Source: Thermodesulfobacteriota bacterium (GTDB lineage Bacteria; Desulfobacterota_D; UBA1144; Nemesobacterales; UBA2774). From it: a DNA stretch of 64,000 nt. The stretch spans positions 32,001 to 96,000 of the forward strand of contig OZ244991.1 of assembly GCA_965223335.1 (NCBI GenBank), written 5' to 3'. Positions 59,225-64,000 of the stretch are shown here, piece by piece; the first letter of the stretch is position 1; each line of letters opens with the position of its first letter. The translations under genes were made by a program, and so were the position numbers. The notes under the pieces were generated by a model. It ran no database searches. It was not told the origin of the DNA and saw only the letters and a program-made list of their open reading frames with translations.

Positions 59225-61864
59225 TTATAACTCTTGCTTAAACTCCTCGTGCGTGTAAAACTCAAACGTGTCACCAACTTTAATATCGTTATATTTCTCA
59301 ATTCCTATACCGCACTCAAATCCTGTTTGAACCTCTTTGGCGTCATCCTGAAAACGCTTTAGTGAAGAGAGTTTCCCCTCGTATATCTGCACTCCGTCGC
59401 GTACCACACGCACGTTGCTGTCCCTTGTGACCTTGCCGTCTGTAACCATGCAACCCGCGATTGTTCCTAACCTCGATATATGAAAAGTTTCCCGGACCTC
59501 GGCGTGACCGAGCGGTTTTTCTTTGACAATAGGCTCCAAGAGCCCTTCCATAGCGTTTCTTACCCTGTCTATCAGGTTGTAAATAATTGTATGTAGTTCG
59601 AGTGATACTCCCTCTTTCTCCGACAGATCCACAGTCTTTGAATCGGGTCTTACATTAAAACCCACTATAAGCGCGTTCGATGCACTGGCCAGATTTATGT
59701 CGGTCTCACTTATAGACCCCACACCCGTGTGCACAATCTTTATCTGGCATTTATCTGTAGGCAGTTTCTCTAGCGAGTCCCTAACGGCCTCGACCGAGCC
59801 CTGTGTGTCTGCCTTGATTATTATTGCAAGCTCTTTTGCAGTCTCGCTCTCTAGGTTCTCAAACAGGTTTTCAAGCGATAGCGAGGGTTTTCTCTCGGCA
59901 GCAATGACCTTTTCTCGTTCCTTAGTCTCACGGTGGCCGATTACCTCTTTAGCCGCTTTTTCGTCTTTCACAACATAAAAGCGCTCACCCGCCTCGGGCA
60001 CTCCCGAGAGCCCCATAATCTCAACAGGCATCGAAGGCCCTGCTTCTTTAACCCTCTTGCCTTTATCGTCGTTTAGTGCTCTAACCTTTCCGTATGTCAT
60101 CCCTGCAACTACAAAATCACCAATCTTTAATGTGCCGTCACTTACGATCAATGTTGCCACCGGGCCCCTGCCCTTATCCAGTTCCGATTCGATCACAAAC
60201 CCATTGGCCCTCTTGTTATAGTTGGCCTTAAGCTCAAGTACATCGGCCTGGAGGATTACTAGTTCGAGTAGTTCCTTTATACCAGTCTTCTCTTTAGCCG
60301 AAACATCGGCAAACATCGTATCACCACCCCACTCCTCAGATAACAAACCTATCTCCGATAACTGTCTAAGTATCTTGTCTTTGTCCGCCTCGGCCTTGTC
60401 TATTTTGTTCACCGCTACTATTAAAGGCACTTCCGCGGCTTTTGCGTGGTTCACGGCCTCTAAGGTCTGGGGCATCACCCCGTCATCAGCCGCCACAACC
60501 AGTATTACCACGTCTGTGACCCTTGCACCCCTCGCCCTCATGGCTGTAAACGCTTCGTGCCCGGGTGTATCGATAAAACTTATCTTTCTTCCGTCTGTGG
60601 ATACGCTGTAGGCACCTATATGCTGTGTAATACCCCCAGCCTCACCCTCTACTACATTAGATTCCCTAATTGAGTCGAGCAGGGTGGTCTTACCGTGGTC
60701 CACATGGCCCATAACGGTTACCACAGGGGGTCTTAGCTCAAGTACTGCATCCTCTTCATCCGCCTCTTGTTCAAGTAGTATTTCTTCTTCTTCAAATATA
60801 TCGAGTGTTACTTCAAACCCAAACTCCTCCGCTACAAGTGTAGCGGTCTCGTGATCGAGTGACTGGTTGATTGTGGCTCTAACACCTAGGGCAATGAGCT
60901 TTTTGATAAGCTCCCCGGCTTTGATACTCATGAGTTTGGCGAGTTCACCCACATTAATGGCCTCACCGATCTTGATACTTCGCTTCTGTGGTTTAGCAGG
61001 AAACGGTATTACATCCGATGCAGCCTCTGTGCTTGAAAGTGACACTGGAGCACGAGTCACCTCTCTAAGTGTTTTCTCCCCTCCCTTATCCCTGCGGGGC
61101 ATCCCGGGGCCCCCACGGCTGCGTGCACGTTTTTCTTCGACCAGATACTCCCTTTTCTTACCTGGCAACTTTGTCCTAAACGCCTTTCTCAACTCCTCTA
61201 GGCTGTCTTCATCTATTATCTCTTCTTTTTTTGGTTTGGCTTTTTTTGCCTTCTTTTTGGTCTTTTTCTTGGCCTCTTCTTCACCCTCGGGTGGCTCGGC
61301 TTTCCCGGTTTTACGAGCTTCTTGAGCAGGTTGTTCTAGATCCGGCACCTCATCTACCACAACCTCCGGTTCTATCTCAGGTGCAGCTTCTAACTCGACC
61401 TGTTCACCCTCTGCCTGTGCCTCCATTGCAGGCTGCTCGGCCCCCGGTTTCTCAGCAACCTCATCAACCTTAGTCTCGGGTTTTAGTTCCTCTACAGTTT
61501 CTGCGGGTTCTACTACAACCTCTTTTTCTACAACCGGTTCTTCTTCGGGGGGCGGGGGTGGTTCCTCGGCCTTCTTCTTCCTGCGTAAAACTACTCTTCC
61601 ACCTTTTCTCCTTTCTACAACCTCTGCACCGCTTTCCTCTTTAAATACCCTGACTTTCTCCTTACTCTCCTGGGCATTATCCTCCGCCGAGGCATCTGCG
61701 CCGTTAGAGCCGTTAATTTTGCTCTTTATCTGCTTAGCCTCTTCGTCAGAGATCGAACTTGCGTGGCTTTTTACCGATATACCCAGCCCTTGGGCAATCT
61801 GTATTACCTCTTTGTTAGAGAGATTTAGTTCCTTGGAAAGCTCATAAATCCTGATATTCGACAT
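59225..61864 (-). CDS. infB: Translation initiation factor IF-2
   Basis: RIYEL N-terminus, [30 protein letters not shown]...ECGI. Confidence 0.99.
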   Translation of the reverse strand: MSNIRIYELSKELNLSNKEVIQIAQGLGISVKSHASSISDEEAKQIKSKINGSNGADASAEDNAQESKEKVRVFKEESGAEVVERRKGGRVVLRRKKKAEEPPPPPEEEPVVEKEVVVEPAETVEELKPETKVDEVAEKPGAEQPAMEAQAEGEQVELEAAPEIEPEVVVDEVPDLEQPAQEARKTGKAEPPEGEEEAKKKTKKKAKKAKPKKEEIIDEDSLEELRKAFRTKLPGKKREYLVEEKRARSRGGPGMPRRDKGGEKTLREVTRAPVSLSSTEAASDVIPFPAKPQKRSIKIGEAINVGELAKLMSIKAGELIKKLIALGVRATINQSLDHETATLVAEEFGFEVTLDIFEEEEILLEQEADEEDAVLELRPPVVTVMGHVDHGKTTLLDSIRESNVVEGEAGGITQHIGAYSVSTDGRKISFIDTPGHEAFTAMRARGARVTDVVILVVAADDGVMPQTLEAVNHAKAAEVPLIVAVNKIDKAEADKDKILRQLSEIGLLSEEWGGDTMFADVSAKEKTGIKELLELVILQADVLELKANYNKRANGFVIESELDKGRGPVATLIVSDGTLKIGDFVVAGMTYGKVRALNDDKGKRVKEAGPSMPVEIMGLSGVPEAGERFYVVKDEKAAKEVIGHRETKEREKVIAAERKPSLSLENLFENLESETAKELAIIIKADTQGSVEAVRDSLEKLPTDKCQIKIVHTGVGSISETDINLASASNALIVGFNVRPDSKTVDLSEKEGVSLELHTIIYNLIDRVRNAMEGLLEPIVKEKPLGHAEVRETFHISRLGTIAGCMVTDGKVTRDSNVRVVRDGVQIYEGKLSSLKRFQDDAKEVQTGFECGIGIEKYNDIKVGDTFEFYTHEEFKQEL

Positions 61865-62014
61865 ATTTTCCTATGCTAATCTGCAAGAAACCGGACCTAA
61901 GGTTTGGTGCGTTCCGCCAAAGAGATTATCCAGGTAAGGGTACCGTAGATTAAGGCACAATGCAAAAGAACTGCTTAGGTCTAAACTGTTTATTGCTGAC
62001 GTAACCCCCTCAAA

Positions 62015-63592
62015 TTACTCATGTTCAGTCTGTTGTTCCGGCTCCGGCGTCTCGCTTTCTTCCCCAGACGCTGGCTCTGTATCCAAAGCCGGTTCTGCTT
62101 CGGTAGATTCGTTAGATTCCGCAGTTTCAGTGATTTCAGCAACTTCTGCAGTCTCGGCAAGTTCAGTGGCTTCGGCAACTTCTGAAGTTTCTTTAGATTC
62201 AGCAGTTTCAGTGGTTTCGGCAACTTGAGCAGGTTCAGCCGTTTCAGTAGTTTCATCAGTCTCGGTAGTATCTGCTGTTTCAGCTGTTTCTGGAACTTCT
62301 GCCTGCTCCTGAGTCTCTTCTTCAAACGACATCTGTTCCAGTTTATCTTTAAGCGCTATTCTTGCTGCGGTCTGGAGGTTCGTTACCTCCTCTTCGTCCG
62401 AGAGCCCGGCTGCTTTCATTAAAGCCTCGGGATCAGAAAACGCTATATCCTCAAGTGTATGAAAACCCTCAGTATAGAGAATATTGGCCGTAACCTCTTT
62501 AATGCTGGGAAGCGTGATCAGCAACGACACCACGTCTTGCTGCTCGCGTTTTACCTGCGAATCCGTCTTTATGTCTATCCTCCACTCCGTTAACTGCGAG
62601 GCCAGCCTTACGTTTTGGCCCTTACGCCCAATCGCCAAAGACAACTGGTCGTCGTCTACTACAATCTCCATAGACTTATTGTTATCATCGATTATCACCT
62701 TGCTCACCCGCGCGGGTGAAAGTGCGTTAATAGCAAACCTTGCAGGGTCCGGAGACCATGGGATTATGTCGATCTTCTCGCCCTTAAGCTCCTGAATTAC
62801 GTTTTGCACCCGTGACCCTCTCATACCGACGCATGCTCCAACGGGGTCGACATCGGGGTCAATTGATGTCACAGCAATCTTAGTCCTACCCCCAGGGTCT
62901 CGGGAGAGCGCTTTGATCTCTACAACCTGCTCACTAATCTCGGGCACCTCTGTCTCAAAAAGTTTCCTCACAAAGTCTTTATGAGCCCGCGACAAAACAA
63001 GCTGAGGGCCTCGTTTAGTCTCTTTTATGTCCACCAAAAGTGCGCGCAGCCTCTCTTTTACCTTGTAATACTCCCTAGGCACCTGGTTCTCGGGCGGCAA
63101 AAAGGCCTCGGTCCTTCCCAGGTCGACTATAACGTTCTTTCTCTCATACCTTCTTACGATCCCGCTTATAAGCTCGCCCTTACGGTTTTTGAACTCTTCA
63201 TATATAACCTTGCCCTCAGCCTCTTTAATCCTTTGCAGTATTTTCTGTTTCGCGTTCTGAATAGCGATTCTAGTGAAGTCCGGGCTTATTTTTACACCGA
63301 TCTGATCCCCCATCTCAGCATCGGGATCAAGCTCTACCGCTTCGTCCATGGTGATCTCCATATCCGGATCCTCTATATCCTCCACCACGGTTTTAAACTC
63401 AAACAGCTCCACCTCACCGTCTTCGTCATTAAAGTGGACCTCAAGTTCTTTATCTTTATCAACCATTCGAAAGAGTTTTTGGGCCGCGGACAGTACCGCC
63501 TCTTCAACCGCAGTAACAATCTCATCCCTCTCTATCCCCTTGTCCTTGCATACTGAATCCATTACACGGCTTAGTTCGGTTACTACAACCAT
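62015..63592 (-). CDS. nusA: Transcription factor NusA with acidic low-complexity C-terminal tail
   Basis: S1 and KH domains, DPVGACVGMRGSRV, LAIGRKGQNVRLA, one HhH/AR-like repeat, then about 100 Glu/Thr/Ala-rich residues. Confidence 0.97.
   Translation of the reverse strand: MVVVTELSRVMDSVCKDKGIERDEIVTAVEEAVLSAAQKLFRMVDKDKELEVHFNDEDGEVELFEFKTVVEDIEDPDMEITMDEAVELDPDAEMGDQIGVKISPDFTRIAIQNAKQKILQRIKEAEGKVIYEEFKNRKGELISGIVRRYERKNVIVDLGRTEAFLPPENQVPREYYKVKERLRALLVDIKETKRGPQLVLSRAHKDFVRKLFETEVPEISEQVVEIKALSRDPGGRTKIAVTSIDPDVDPVGACVGMRGSRVQNVIQELKGEKIDIIPWSPDPARFAINALSPARVSKVIIDDNNKSMEIVVDDDQLSLAIGRKGQNVRLASQLTEWRIDIKTDSQVKREQQDVVSLLITLPSIKEVTANILYTEGFHTLEDIAFSDPEALMKAAGLSDEEEVTNLQTAARIALKDKLEQMSFEEETQEQAEVPETAETADTTETDETTETAEPAQVAETTETAESKETSEVAEATELAETAEVAEITETAESNESTEAEPALDTEPASGEESETPEPEQQTEHE
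62112..62226 (-). repeat. 34-bp direct repeat pair inside the nusA tail, on a 9-bp periodic background
   Basis: TTAGATTCCGCAGTTTCAGTGATTTCAGCAACTT at 62112 and TTAGATTCAGCAGTTTCAGTGGTTTCGGCAACTT at 62193; 3 mismatches. Confidence 0.8.
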
Positions 63593-63603
63593 TTATGCCC
63601 CCT

Positions 63604-64000
63604 CTAAAACTCCAGTTCTAAATTAGCTTTTTCCACATTCTCAAGTGGAATATCATATATGTGGTCGTCGGTCTCAACTGTAATAATGTTGTTCTCGAAG
63701 CCTACCAACTCGCCGACAAAAATCTTATTATTTTCAATAGGTTCTGTGGTTTTCACCTTTACCAAACGCCCTATGTACTTAACGTAATCCCCGGCCCCTC
63801 TAAGCGGCCTCGTAAGCCCGGGCGATGACACCTCAAGAGTGTAGGTGCCCGGGATAATGTCGTGTATGTCGAGCAGGTTGCCAATCTCTCTACTCACACT
63901 CGCACAGTCGTCAATTGTGACCCCTTTGGGCTTGTCTATATATATTCTAAGCACTCTATGTCTGCCCTTGCCCTTGAACTCTATATCAAACAGCTCCAAG
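63604..64000 (-). CDS. rimP: Ribosome maturation factor RimP (5' end outside the window)
   Basis: LRIYID, TIDDC, YTLEVSSPG; upstream of nusA. Confidence 0.95.
   Translation of the reverse strand, partial: LELFDIEFKGKGRHRVLRIYIDKPKGVTIDDCASVSREIGNLLDIHDIIPGTYTLEVSSPGLTRPLRGAGDYVKYIGRLVKVKTTEPIENNKIFVGELVGFENNIITVETDDHIYDIPLENVEKANLELEF

Noticed and set aside
61990..62325. Leu/Lys-periodic 111-aa ORF overlapping the nusA 3' end
   Set aside because: Shifted-frame shadow of the 9-bp periodic nusA tail; no RBS or frameshift signal seen.
399..63626. Many 60-220 aa ORFs antisense to or overlapping recognised genes
   Set aside because: They are shadow ORFs of well-supported genes, with no motifs or translation signals of their own.

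Overview
This is a bacterial chromosomal window from a Gram-negative organism. The gene order (nusA-infB-DUF503-rbfA-DHH-truB, lysS-lolC/E-lolD-bamA) looks deltaproteobacterial, but that taxonomy is inference only. Both ends are minus-strand housekeeping operons. The left end carries rpoB (partial), rplL/J/A/K, nusG, secE, rpmG, tuf, five tRNAs, fabZ, skp, bamA, lolD, lolC/E, lysS, pyrR/B/C, lepB, rel, gmk and manC. The right end carries miaA, pnp, rpsO, truB, DHH, rbfA, infB, nusA and rimP. Between them (about 26.3-53.2 kb) is a mostly plus-strand block of metal/metalloid, redox and stress genes with no visible integrase or transposase. The strongest candidate for a little-described system is a tightly packed operon: arsM-like methyltransferase, AhpD/CMD protein, ArsS-like radical SAM, CofC-like glycosyltransferase and pstSCAB. 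It follows an atypical ArsR and a near-perfect 12-2-12 palindrome, and it has no arsenic efflux pump, ArsC or PhoU. This suggests arsenosugar synthesis co-regulated with a phosphate/arsenate importer. Other notable items: a candidate metal-sensing upstream ORF with attenuator-like hairpins ahead of a cusCBA-cytochrome c operon, a secreted Gly/Tyr/His/Lys tandem-repeat protein, a membrane-anchored Mrr-fold protein with a degenerate active site, a bamA-skp-fabZ cluster lacking lpxD/lpxA, a probable ATA start for truB, and an acidic repeat tail on NusA. All family assignments come from motif recognition, not database searches.
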